A DNA stretch of 64,000 bases from Chloroflexota bacterium (GCA_012841405.1 DUUT01000197.1:6400-70399), one strand, 5' to 3'; numbered from the stretch's first letter, positions 36,068 through 44,887 are shown. The notes: generated from the sequence alone by a model not told the origin. Numbers and translations: made by a program.

Positions 36068-36096
36068 TTGAGGGTTACGTGGGGCCGTGGTACACT
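36068..36096 (+). promoter_or_regulatory. sigma70-like promoter for the racemase-family gene
   Basis: TTGAGG (36068-73), 17-nt spacer, TACACT (36091-96). Confidence 0.4.
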
Positions 36097-36179
36097 GGCA
36101 GAGCCATAGGGACGCGAGGGGGCGTGGTGCGCCCTCTGCCGCCCATGGCTCCATCATCCGCTAGACGAGGAGCAGTGAG

Positions 36180-36842
36180 GTGTCCAGGAAGCAAGTAGCC
36201 ATCGTGTATACGAGTCGCGTCACCGTGCCGGGGACCCTCGAGCTGGCCGACGAGATCCTCAAGGACTATCGGATCGTCAACATTATCGACGACAGCCTGC
36301 TCGACGATGTGCTGGCCGCGGGCAAGCTGACGCGTGATGTGACGCGGCGCATTGTGCAGTACTGCCTGGCGGCAGAGGACGGCGGCGCCGATGTGATCTT
36401 GAGCCAGTGCTCGTCGGTGGGCGAGGCGATCGACGTGGCCCGGGCGGTCGTGCGGGTGCCGATCGTCAAGATCGATGAGCCCATGGCTGAGGAGGCGGTG
36501 CGGCTGGGGCCCCGCGTCGCAGTGGCAGCAACGTTGCCGACGACGCTGGACCCCACCTGTCGCCTGATTGAGCGCACAGCGACGGCCATGGAGAAGCAGG
36601 TGCGTATCACTCGGGTGCTGGCTGAGGGGGCCTTTGACAAACTGCGTGCGGGCGACACGGCAGCCCACAACAGCATGGTGATGGCCAAGCTCGAGGAGGT
36701 GCGCGACGCGGTCGATGTCATCGTGCTGGCGCAGGGGAGCATGGCGGTGTTGGTGCCCGAGCTACAGGATTGGGGCAAGCCGGTACTCACCAGCCCGCGC
36801 CTCGGCATCGAGCGCGTGCGGCAGGTGCTCGAGTCTCAATAG
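36180..36842 (+). CDS. Asp/Glu/hydantoin racemase family protein
   Basis: VAIVYTS...GADVILSQCSSVG...VIVLAQGSMA. GTG start preceded by GAGGAG. Confidence 0.7.
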   Translation: MSRKQVAIVYTSRVTVPGTLELADEILKDYRIVNIIDDSLLDDVLAAGKLTRDVTRRIVQYCLAAEDGGADVILSQCSSVGEAIDVARAVVRVPIVKIDEPMAEEAVRLGPRVAVAATLPTTLDPTCRLIERTATAMEKQVRITRVLAEGAFDKLRAGDTAAHNSMVMAKLEEVRDAVDVIVLAQGSMAVLVPELQDWGKPVLTSPRLGIERVRQVLESQ

Positions 36843-36947
36843 GTTCCCTGGGAATCGGGAGCCGCGGCGGATAGGTGCAGCCCGACACGCTCTCTCCACA
36901 TCGCACCATACGCGTGGGCTGACGGTGAATGGGGAGTGGGGGGAGCG

Positions 36948-37788
36948 ATGGACTGGACGATCGTCATTTGGGGCGTGTTGCTCCTGCTTTTCGTAGCGCC
37001 CGCCGCGCGACTGTGGATGGTGCAGATGGCGCGCACGCGAGCGATCCGGCGCCTGGAGCAGCGGCGGCAGAGCCGTGTCATCGTACTGATCCATCGACAA
37101 GAGATCCTGGCGCTGTTGGGGTTGCCCCTTCTGCGCTACATCGATATCGACGACTCTGAGTCTGTCCTACGAGCGATCAAGCTCACGGACCCGGACGTGC
37201 CCATCGACGTCGTGCTACACACCTGGCGGGCTGGTGCTGGCAGCGGAACTCATCGCCAATGCCCTCTGCTGTCGAGAAGCGCCCACGACGGTGTTCGTGC
37301 CGCACTATGCGATGTCGGGGGGGACACTTATCGCGCTGGCTGCCAACGAGATCGTGATGGACCCCAACGCGGTGTTGGGACCGGTAGACCCGCAGGTGGG
37401 GCGCTATCCGGCGGCCTCGGTGCTGAGTGCTGTGGCGCGCAAGAGCGTCAATGAGGTGGATGACGAGACCCTCATCCTGGCGGATGTCGCTGAGAAGGCG
37501 CTGCGCCAGATGCACGCCACGGTGACGCGCATCGCGTCGCAGCGGATGGAGCGCGATGTGGCGGCGGCGCTGGCCAATGCGCTCTCCACAGGGCTCTGGA
37601 CGCATGACTATCCCATCGGCGTCGAGGAGGCGCGTAACATGGGGCTGCCGGTGAGCACCGAGATGCCCCAGGAGGTCTATGACCTGATGCGCCTCTATCC
37701 GCAATCTGCGGCGCGGCGACCCTCGGTGGGCTATATCCCAGTGCCCTACCGCCGCCGGCGGGATGGCGGCGGCCATGAGGACCGGTAG
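36948..37788 (+). pseudogene. SDH-family Clp-fold serine proteinase (PF01972-like), frameshifted near 37222
   Basis: ...IDVVLHT in one frame continues as (PGGLV)LAAELIANAL...VFVPHYAMSGGTLIALAANEIVMD in another. One extra C in the run at 37221-22 would restore HTPGGLVLAAE. Confidence 0.7.
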
Positions 37789-38638
37789 CGGTGCTGCAGC
37801 AGGAGGGGGCGTGAAGCGGAAGGCGCAGCGCATAGTCCTTGTCCTGGTCGGCCTTCTCGTCACGTTGGGGTTGGCGCTATGGGTGCAGGCGGATGCCGTA
37901 TACCTGCCGGTGTGGCTGTTCGGGCCCGGCGAGCCGGTGCAGTACGGCTATGAGGTGGTAGCGCGCTATCCTCATGACCCCGATGCATTCACCCAGGGCC
38001 TGGTGTACGGTGGGGATGGGGTGCTATACGAGGGCACCGGCTTGTGGGGGGCGTCATCGCTGCGACGGGTCGACCTGACGACGGGCGAGGTACAACGGCG
38101 ACGGGACCTGGCCGATGCGTACTTTGGCGAGGGGATTGCCGTGGTGGAGGAACGCATCATCCAACTCACCTGGAAGGCGGGCGTAGCCTTTACCTATGAC
38201 CGAGAGACGTTCGAGCTGCTGGGCGAGCACGCTTATCCCGGTGAAGGGTGGGGGGTGACCTATGACGGTGAGCGCCTCATCATGAGCGACGGCACGTCGC
38301 GCCTGCGATTCTGGGATCCCGAGACTCTGGCAGAGATCGGAAGCGTGGAGGTGCTTGACGGCGAGGACCCCATCACCTATCTCAACGAGCTGGAATACGT
38401 CGAGGGGCAGGTGTGGGCCAACGTGTGGCAGACCGACCGCATCGCGCGGATCGATGCCGATTCGGGTCGCGTGGTGGGGTGGATCGACCTCACCGGCTTG
38501 TTGCGTGCGGAGGATCGCCAGGGCCGGCGCGTCGATGTGCTCAACGGCATTGCCTACGATGCGGACGCGGAACGGGTGTTCGTCACCGGCAAATGGTGGC
38601 CGGTGTTGTACGAGATCAGGGTTGTGCGAGGCGGATAG
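37763..38638 (+). CDS. glutaminyl-peptide cyclotransferase (beta-propeller type)
   Basis: YPHDPDAFTQGLVY...LYEGTGLWGASSLRRVDL...FGEGIAV...GWGVTYDG. N-terminal signal anchor. Confidence 0.8.
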   Translation: MAAAMRTGSGAAAGGGVKRKAQRIVLVLVGLLVTLGLALWVQADAVYLPVWLFGPGEPVQYGYEVVARYPHDPDAFTQGLVYGGDGVLYEGTGLWGASSLRRVDLTTGEVQRRRDLADAYFGEGIAVVEERIIQLTWKAGVAFTYDRETFELLGEHAYPGEGWGVTYDGERLIMSDGTSRLRFWDPETLAEIGSVEVLDGEDPITYLNELEYVEGQVWANVWQTDRIARIDADSGRVVGWIDLTGLLRAEDRQGRRVDVLNGIAYDADAERVFVTGKWWPVLYEIRVVRGG

Positions 38639-38742
38639 GCTCCTGCGGGGCGAAGGAGCCTGGACGCCTTGTGGTCGGCGGATGACGGCCCCGCATTTGG
38701 GGGCATGCATCGCCTTTGTCAACGCAAAGCGAGGCTTTTACC

Positions 38743-39561
38743 ATGTCGAGCTTTCCCACTACGCAGATCGAAGATCTAGAGCTATCACGGCTGATTATCG
38801 GCACCAACTGGTTCATGGGCTACTCGCACTTTTCTTCAGCCAAAGACAAGTGGATCAAGCAGTACATGACCCCGGAGCGCATCGCCGAGGTGATGTGCGT
38901 GTTCGCGCGGAACGGCGTCAACGCCGTCATGTCGATGCAGAACCCGACGATGAAAGAGGCCATCCGCATCGTGCGCGAAGAGACGGGCGTCGAGATGCAC
39001 TGGATCTGCACCCCCAGCGGTGAGCACGTCGATGATCTGATGCCCGGGATCGAGGAGAGCGCGGAGTATGGGGCGCGCATCTGTATGCCGCACCAGCACT
39101 GGACGGACGGCAACATGCTGGTGAATGACCGCGTGATCGTGGGCCTGGAAAAGGTCACCGAACGCATCCGCTCGTTGGGCATGATTCCCGGGCTGTCGAC
39201 GCATCGACCCGAGACGGTCGTGCTTTGCGACAAGGCGGGCTACGATGTCGCCACGTACATCCAGATCTATAACGCTATCGGGTTCCTGTGTCAGGTCGAG
39301 ACGGACTGGGTGGCGCGCATTATCAACGGCACGCCCAAGCCGGTGATGTGCATCAAGCCCCTGGCGGCGGGGCGCATACTGCCGCCGACGGGGTTTAGCT
39401 TTGTGCTCAACTCGATCAAGCCGACGGACATGGTATGCGTCGGGACGATGAGTACGTTCGAGGCCGAGGAGGACATTCGCATCTGTCGCGAGATCATCGA
39501 GAAGGGGGCGGCGGCACCCAACGAGTTCACCTTCTCACGAAGCAAGTCGGCGCTCTTGTAG
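38743..39561 (+). CDS. conserved-looking hypothetical protein
   Basis: Clean 272-aa ORF with a GAGG RBS. No family recognised. Slightly less GC-rich than its neighbours. Confidence 0.55.
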   Translation: MSSFPTTQIEDLELSRLIIGTNWFMGYSHFSSAKDKWIKQYMTPERIAEVMCVFARNGVNAVMSMQNPTMKEAIRIVREETGVEMHWICTPSGEHVDDLMPGIEESAEYGARICMPHQHWTDGNMLVNDRVIVGLEKVTERIRSLGMIPGLSTHRPETVVLCDKAGYDVATYIQIYNAIGFLCQVETDWVARIINGTPKPVMCIKPLAAGRILPPTGFSFVLNSIKPTDMVCVGTMSTFEAEEDIRICREIIEKGAAAPNEFTFSRSKSALL

Positions 39562-39609
39562 CAGTTTGAGCCGGCGCACGACAGTCCATCGAACACGGAG
39601 GAATGCACC

Positions 39610-40131
39610 ATGACGGTACGCAATGCTGTGGCCTACGATCATCGCCTGAGCAAGACGCTAGCGCTACTGACGCAGCCCGGGCTGTTGCTGGCCGCCACAC
39701 GGCGCAACGGCGAGTCCAACGTGATGGCCATTGGCTGGGCTACCGTGGGAACCGCGTGGGGACGCCCTATCTTTCAGGTGATGGTACGCCCCTCGCGCTA
39801 CACGTACGAGCTGCTGGAGGAATCGGGAGAATTCACGGTGAACGTGCCCACCGGTGCCATGCGTGACTGGGTGACGGTATGCGGCACGCGCAGCGGACGC
39901 GATTTCGACAAGATCGGTGCGTCCGGCGTGGCGGTGTCACGCGGCCAAGGGGTGGCGACGATTACGCTGGATGAGAGCCCCATGGTGTACGAGTGCCGCG
40001 TGGTGCACCGCAACGACGTGCTGTCGCCAAACCTGGACCCGGAGATTGCCGCCAGTGCCTACGCGGGCGGAGACTACCATCGTGTCTACTGGGGCGAGAT
40101 CGTCGGGGCGTATGCGACGGCGGATTACTGA
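39610..40131 (+). CDS. flavin reductase-like FMN-binding domain protein
   Basis: LLAATRRNGESNVMAIGWATVG...GEFTVNVP. Confidence 0.75.
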   Translation: MTVRNAVAYDHRLSKTLALLTQPGLLLAATRRNGESNVMAIGWATVGTAWGRPIFQVMVRPSRYTYELLEESGEFTVNVPTGAMRDWVTVCGTRSGRDFDKIGASGVAVSRGQGVATITLDESPMVYECRVVHRNDVLSPNLDPEIAASAYAGGDYHRVYWGEIVGAYATADY

Positions 40132-40166
40132 TCCGCGAGCACCCCGCGGGTGATGCCTTGATACAG

Positions 40167-40216
40167 GTGACAGGTTACAGGCGAACGTGGATTTCTCGCC
40201 ACCTGTAACCTGTCAC
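40167..40216. terminator. 15-bp perfect hairpin between convergent genes
   Basis: GTGACAGGTTACAGG (40167-81), 20-nt loop, CCTGTAACCTGTCAC (40202-16). Confidence 0.5.
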
Positions 40217-40290
40217 GTGTCACCGGGGGTACTGCCGTTCTAAGGGGGCAACGGGCGGCCCCTCGTTCATTCGCTTCTAGCGCGAGGGGT

Positions 40291-41196
40291 TCACTCCGCT
40301 GTGAGCTTGGCGCCGGTGGCGTCGGTGTACACCTCGGCGACGCCGATGGCGGTGAGGTCGCCCTTACCCATGCCCATGGCCAGGGTATAGAGTTGGTGCG
40401 AGAGGGCGGTGCTGAACATGGGAACGCCGAGGGCCTTGCCATAGTCGAGGGCCAAGCCCATGTCCTTGCGCATGAGCGACAGTTTGAACCCGGGACGCAG
40501 GTCACCGGCGAGCAGGCTTGTCTTGGCGCCATCCAGCTGGCGACTGCCGGCGGTGGCGTTGACGAGAATGCTGTGCGCCAGCCCGGGCTCGACGCCCGCC
40601 TGGGCCACCATGGTCAGTGCCTCCGAGATGGCGACTTGGGTGGCGGCTACGATGAGGTTATTGGCGAGCTTGACGGCCAGCGCCGAGCCATTCTCACCGA
40701 CGTAGGTGATGCTCTTGCCCATGGCCTCCAGCGCGGGCAACACAGCATCGAAAGCCTCGCGGGGGCCCCCGACCATGATGGCCAGCGTACCGGCGATGGC
40801 GCCGTTCTGGCCACCACTAATAGGCGCGTCGAGGAGGGTGATGCCGCGGGCAGAGACCTCCGCTGCGAGCCGCTGGGATGTCAGCGGCGAGATGGTGCTC
40901 GTATCGATGACGATAAGCCCCTCGCTGGCGCCCTCGGCGATACCGTCGGGGCCGGTGAGCACCTCCTCAACAGCAGCGTCGTCCGAGACGCAGGTGACGA
41001 TGGCCTGCACCGCGCCGGCGATCTCGGCAGCGGTCTGGGCCTCGCGGGCTCCCTGGCCGACAAGGCGCTCCACAGGGGCGCGATTTCGGTGCGCCATTAC
41101 GGTCACCTCAAAGCCGGCCTTGAGCAGATTGGCCGCCATCGGCTCTCCCATCGTCCCAACCCCGATAAAGCCGATGCGCGTAATCTTTTCCTCCAT
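40291..41196 (-). CDS. NAD(P)-dependent beta-hydroxyacid dehydrogenase (3-hydroxyisobutyrate/2-hydroxy-3-oxopropionate reductase family)
   Basis: ITRIGFIGVGTMGEPMAANL...LLDAPISGG. ATG 41196; the longer track ORF is an N-terminal artefact. Confidence 0.85.
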   Translation of the reverse strand: MEEKITRIGFIGVGTMGEPMAANLLKAGFEVTVMAHRNRAPVERLVGQGAREAQTAAEIAGAVQAIVTCVSDDAAVEEVLTGPDGIAEGASEGLIVIDTSTISPLTSQRLAAEVSARGITLLDAPISGGQNGAIAGTLAIMVGGPREAFDAVLPALEAMGKSITYVGENGSALAVKLANNLIVAATQVAISEALTMVAQAGVEPGLAHSILVNATAGSRQLDGAKTSLLAGDLRPGFKLSLMRKDMGLALDYGKALGVPMFSTALSHQLYTLAMGMGKGDLTAIGVAEVYTDATGAKLTAE

Positions 41197-41367
41197 GGCC
41201 CCATCCTTTCGTTTCGTAATTGCGAGCATGGCCCAACGCCTACTGAGCCTAGCGATCGATCGATGGCCCCATGTTGGCCGGAGTAGCACCGCGCTGTCAA
41301 GCCCGCGGGGGGGCGTCGGACCCGTGGGTTCTCGGGGGTCTTGCTGCATGTTCGGCCGCGTTTGCGC

Positions 41368-41395
41368 TTGACAAGCCGTGTGGGCATGGTAAGCT
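41368..41395 (+). promoter_or_regulatory. sigma70-like promoter inside the long non-coding region upstream of spoVS
   Basis: TTGACA (41368-73), 16-nt spacer, TAAGCT (41390-95). Confidence 0.5.
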
Positions 41396-41401
41396 TTCTG
41401 A

Positions 41402-41732
41402 GCAACTTGAGTAGGAACACGGACGGCACACGCATCGAGTGGAACACGGCGTGTGGCGGAGAGAGAGGAGCGCATGGCTGGGGAAGGGGTGGCCACCCGT
41501 CTGGCGGATCCTACGCGTTCTGCTGGAGATGACTGTAGTGTGAAGCGCTGCTGATCCGTCGCGTTTGCCTAGCATGGCCCTCCAAAAGGGCGGGCTGGGT
41601 ACCCACAAGGCTATGGGCTCGCACCGTTGGCTATTGGTAGTTGACCGGTAACTCGGACGGTACGACGTTATTCTCCCATGCATATACATCGTGATGCTAT
41701 GCTCCGTCACGTTGCCGTGGCGGGGCTTTTTT
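41402..41732 (+). ncRNA. candidate about 330-nt transcript (ncRNA or terminated leader), class unknown
   Basis: Bounded by the promoter at 41368 and the canonical terminator at 41701-41732. No protein-like ORF on either strand. Confidence 0.35.
41701..41732 (+). terminator. canonical intrinsic terminator
   Basis: 11-bp stem GCUCCGUCACG / CGUGGCGGGGC (two G-U pairs), UUGC loop, then UUUUUU. Confidence 0.75.
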
Positions 41733-41986
41733 GTCCGTACGGGCCCGGGGAGCGACAGCATGGCTCGTGGGAGCGGCGTCGACGGATACAGCGCGCCCGG
41801 GTTGTAGCCGGACGGGCGCAGGGAAGGGGCGCTGTCGGGTGTGGCGATGCCGGGTACAGCTGGAACAGCGACAATGTCGTCACGCACAACGCGGGGTATG
41901 GCGGCAGCACGCATGCCGCAGTCTCATGTTCGAAGCGTCAGGCGTGCCATCGTAGCCTGGCGATACAGGGTAAAGGAGATCAGGAC

Positions 41987-42391
41987 ATGGGTGTGTTAAA
42001 GGTGTCGGCTCACTCCAAGTGCACCGCCGTGGCGGGAGCCATTGCTGGCGTCATCCGGGATTGCGGGCGGGCTGAGGTGCAAGCGATCGGTGCTGGCGCG
42101 GTCAACCAAGCGGCCAAGGCTGTGGCCATTGCCCGGTCGTACCTGGCGCTCGACGGCCTTGATGTTGTGCTGATTCCGTCATTTACAGAGGTGAGTATCG
42201 CCGATCAGGTACGCACGGCGCTCAAGCTGGTCGTAGAGTGCCGTCAACCCATCGAGTTCTCGAGCCCCGCTGGTGAGCGCCGTGGCAGTCGACAGTTTCT
42301 CGAGCGCGTGATGGGCGGCTCGCTCGAGGGGCAGGTGCATGGTGCCGCGCGGATCGCGTCGCCCAATGGTGAAAAGGGCGCGGGGGTCTAG
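41987..42391 (+). CDS. spoVS: SpoVS-family protein with about 48-aa C-terminal extension
   Basis: MGVLKVSAHSKCTAVAGAIAGVIRDCGRAEVQAIGAGAVNQAAKAVAIAR...ALKLVVECR. AAGGAG RBS. Confidence 0.85.
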   Translation: MGVLKVSAHSKCTAVAGAIAGVIRDCGRAEVQAIGAGAVNQAAKAVAIARSYLALDGLDVVLIPSFTEVSIADQVRTALKLVVECRQPIEFSSPAGERRGSRQFLERVMGGSLEGQVHGAARIASPNGEKGAGV

Positions 42392-42430
42392 GCACAAAGT
42401 AGGAATCTCGGCCAAAACGCGCAGGAATAC

Positions 42431-42459
42431 TTGACATCATGAATGCAATATGTTAGTAT
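42431..42459 (+). promoter_or_regulatory. near-consensus sigma70 promoter
   Basis: TTGACA (42431-36), 17-nt spacer, TAGTAT (42454-59), in an AT-rich patch. Confidence 0.6.
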
Positions 42460-42465
42460 AGTAAT

Positions 42466-42762
42466 GCAGGGTTCCGAGGGGCTGAGTGACCCTCATTGGA
42501 GGATCGTCGCTGACTGGTGAGCGACTCGATCGAGGGAAACCTCGATGGAGTGGTGAGTTGGTCGAATGGACGCGGGAGACCGCACCCGGGAAGCCAACAC
42601 GCAAGTACCGGCAAAAGTCGGGAAAACGGGCCAAGCGGTGATAGATCGTACTCGAATGGGGAGACCAAGGTCAATCGGGGCCCTGCTTCCTCCTGTGGTT
42701 ACCTAGAACGAGGGGCGACGTGCGGCCGGGACATCCGCAGCGTCGCCCCTCGTTTGTCTGTT
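42466..42762 (+). ncRNA. candidate structured ncRNA, about 295 nt, class unknown
   Basis: A 12-bp closing helix pairs GCAGGGUUCCGA with UCGGGGCCCUGC. Hairpins include AUCGAGG-GAAA-CCUCGAU and GCGG-GAGA-CCGC. CGAAUGG...GGAGACC occurs twice. Ends at a strong terminator, and the next gene is convergent. Confidence 0.5.
42707..42762 (+). terminator. intrinsic terminator (possibly bidirectional)
   Basis: AACGAGGGGCGACG pairs with CGTCGCCCCTCGTT (14 bp), followed by TGTCTGTT. Confidence 0.8.
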
Positions 42763-42784
42763 GCCTCCACACGAAACGCAGCGG

Positions 42785-43297
42785 TTACCACCGCTCCCAG
42801 TGGATCAGTTGCTCCTTGGGCTTGCGCAGCTTGGCCGGCATCTCGTCTGCTGGGTAGCCGAGCGGCGTCATGGCGATCGGTTCGACGCCTTGGGGAAGCC
42901 CAAACACCTCGCGCGCCGCCACGGGATCAAAGGCTCCGATCCAGCAGGTGCCCAGGCCCTCGTTGGTGGCCGCCAAGATGAGGTGGTCCATGGCGATGGT
43001 TACATCGACATCGGCATAGTGCTTGCCATCGCGGCGGCGCCAAGCCGCTTCTGGCACGGCGCAGGCGCAGACGACGAGCGGAGGCTGCCGGGCGAACCAT
43101 TCGGCGTTGTACACGCGATGGAGCTCCTGTTCGCGTCCCTCGGTCTTGATGACGACCAAACCGATGGGTTGGCGGTTCGCCGCCGTGGGAGCGAGCACAA
43201 AGGCGTCGAGTACGCGCTGGAGGACATCGTCGGGAATCGGCGTGCCGCGGTACGACCGCACACTGTAGCGCTGGCGAATGACATCGTCGAACTGCAC
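42785..43297 (-). CDS. nitroreductase family protein
   Basis: MQFDDVIRQRYSVRSYRGTPIPDDVLQRVLDAFVLAPTAANRQP. Confidence 0.85.
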   Translation of the reverse strand: MQFDDVIRQRYSVRSYRGTPIPDDVLQRVLDAFVLAPTAANRQPIGLVVIKTEGREQELHRVYNAEWFARQPPLVVCACAVPEAAWRRRDGKHYADVDVTIAMDHLILAATNEGLGTCWIGAFDPVAAREVFGLPQGVEPIAMTPLGYPADEMPAKLRKPKEQLIHWERW

Positions 43298-43401
43298 GGA
43301 ACACCTCCTGATTTGCAGGGCAAGGGCTCGTATGGATGCTGTATGATAGCGCGCGGAGAGACACCTCGCAAGGCGGTGCCGTGGTGCGGGTGCTGGCGCG
43401 A

Positions 43402-43430
43402 TTGTGAGCGAGGGTGAGGCGGGCTATAAT
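43402..43430 (+). promoter_or_regulatory. sigma70-like promoter
   Basis: TTGTGA (43402-07), 17-nt spacer, TATAAT (43425-30). Confidence 0.55.
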
Positions 43431-43492
43431 GCCGCGCGTCATGCATCACCATCGGTGCTCGACACGACGACACATTAGCGAGGAGGGTGACG

Positions 43493-44527
43493 ATGGCCGA
43501 CGTGAAAGAGTTGTTGCAGCGCCACACCGCGTTCTGGAACCACGAGCGCCAGGGAGAGCCGCTCATGCGCCTGCGACCGATGCACTACCGGCGGCCGTTC
43601 GATGATTTGGACGTGACGCCGGACATGCTGGACGTGGATGCTCTGACCCCCGAGGTGGGCCATCGCGATTGGCGCAAGCGTCTCGTGCAGGGTGATCTCT
43701 TTCACGGCGAGCATGCCTTCTCGCGCATCCCCTGGATGGAGGCATTGGTCGGCTGCGAGATCCATTCGGGTACCGACGAAGCCATGTGGCCGCGACCGGC
43801 CTTGGGCCCCGATTTCGAGGGCATGGATGCGATCGTGCCGGCTGACGACAACCCATGGCTGCAAAAGCTGCTCGCGCTGACCCAGGCGTTGGTGGACGCC
43901 AATGACGGATCGTACATGGTGACGCATACGCTCATGCGTGGCCCGAGTGACCTCCTCTCGGCGTTGCTGGGGGACGAACGCATGGGCCTCGCGTTCTTCG
44001 ATGCTCCGGACACGGTATGCGAGATCCTCACGCGGGCGCGGGAGGCGTTCATCAAGGTGGCGCGGGCGCAGTACGCCTTGATTTCCGCGTTTGAGGGTGG
44101 GTGGTCGTGCTGGGCATACGGGCTGTGGGCTCCCGGGTCGGTGATTCGTTTCCAGTCGGATTCGTCAAGCCAGCTCTCGCCGCGTATGTATCGGGAGCAT
44201 ATCTTGCCCCACGATCGCGCCATCATGCAGTCCTTTGACTATTCAATCATCGACCTGCACTCGGGTGGCACGCTGCACATCCACAAAGAGCTAATGGACA
44301 CGCCGGATCTGAACGCCATCTCGGTGACGATGGATCCGTACGCCAACGCCCCGAGAGTGGAGGACCTGTTACCGACGTTCGCCGCCATCCTCGAGGCCAA
44401 GAGTCTTTTGGTGACCGGCGAGATGACCATGGCAGAGGTTGAGCGCTTGCGCGACGCCCTGCCGACGGCGAGTCTGGCGATCAACGCCCACGTGACGGAC
44501 AAGCTGCTGTATGAGCGGCCGATCTAG
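43493..44527 (+). CDS. hypothetical protein, possibly URO-D-like (uroporphyrinogen decarboxylase fold)
   Basis: ATG 43493 preceded by GAGGAGGG. RGPSDLLSALLGDERMGLAFF and the C-terminal half resemble URO-D-family proteins. Weak call. Confidence 0.5.
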   Translation: MADVKELLQRHTAFWNHERQGEPLMRLRPMHYRRPFDDLDVTPDMLDVDALTPEVGHRDWRKRLVQGDLFHGEHAFSRIPWMEALVGCEIHSGTDEAMWPRPALGPDFEGMDAIVPADDNPWLQKLLALTQALVDANDGSYMVTHTLMRGPSDLLSALLGDERMGLAFFDAPDTVCEILTRAREAFIKVARAQYALISAFEGGWSCWAYGLWAPGSVIRFQSDSSSQLSPRMYREHILPHDRAIMQSFDYSIIDLHSGGTLHIHKELMDTPDLNAISVTMDPYANAPRVEDLLPTFAAILEAKSLLVTGEMTMAEVERLRDALPTASLAINAHVTDKLLYERPI

Positions 44528-44666
44528 GTAGCGTTTGGAGCAAGGGGGCACAGCGGCGTACTAGGTGACGCACTAGACGACGAGCGCTGCAGACCCAAGC
44601 CTGGCGCTGGCACGGGATCACGTCGGCCGCGGCCGGCGCCTCCCAGTCGACGGAGGTGGGTTGCCA

Positions 44667-44691
44667 GGCTCAGGCGTCGTCCGCCTGAGCC
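44667..44691 (+). other. 10-bp perfect stem-loop
   Basis: GGCTCAGGCG, TCGTC loop, CGCCTGAGCC. Confidence 0.4.
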
Positions 44692-44728
44692 GGTAGTGTC
44701 AGGCTGTCGATGTGCGCCAAGGCCCACC

Positions 44729-44785
44729 GCGTACGCTCGGGGCCACACCGTTTCTGCGCGTGCCTTTGACGCCCGAGTCTGTAGC
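44729..44785. repeat. degenerate fragment of the MITE-like family
   Basis: Contains the GTACGCTCGGGG and CCTTTGACGCCC blocks shared with the full copies. Confidence 0.3.
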
Positions 44786-44887
44786 AAGCGATATGGGTTG
44801 CGGGGTGGTTGCGCGGATGGTCACCGCTCAAGGACCGCGCCCACCCCCATGATATGCGTTCATGCCTCTCGAGGTGAGGTACCGCCG

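Noticed and set aside
41678-41986. 5' extension of spoVS (237-aa track ORF).
   Set aside because: SpoVS homology starts at the ATG at 41987, which has an AAGGAG RBS. The upstream part crosses an intrinsic terminator and is not protein-like.
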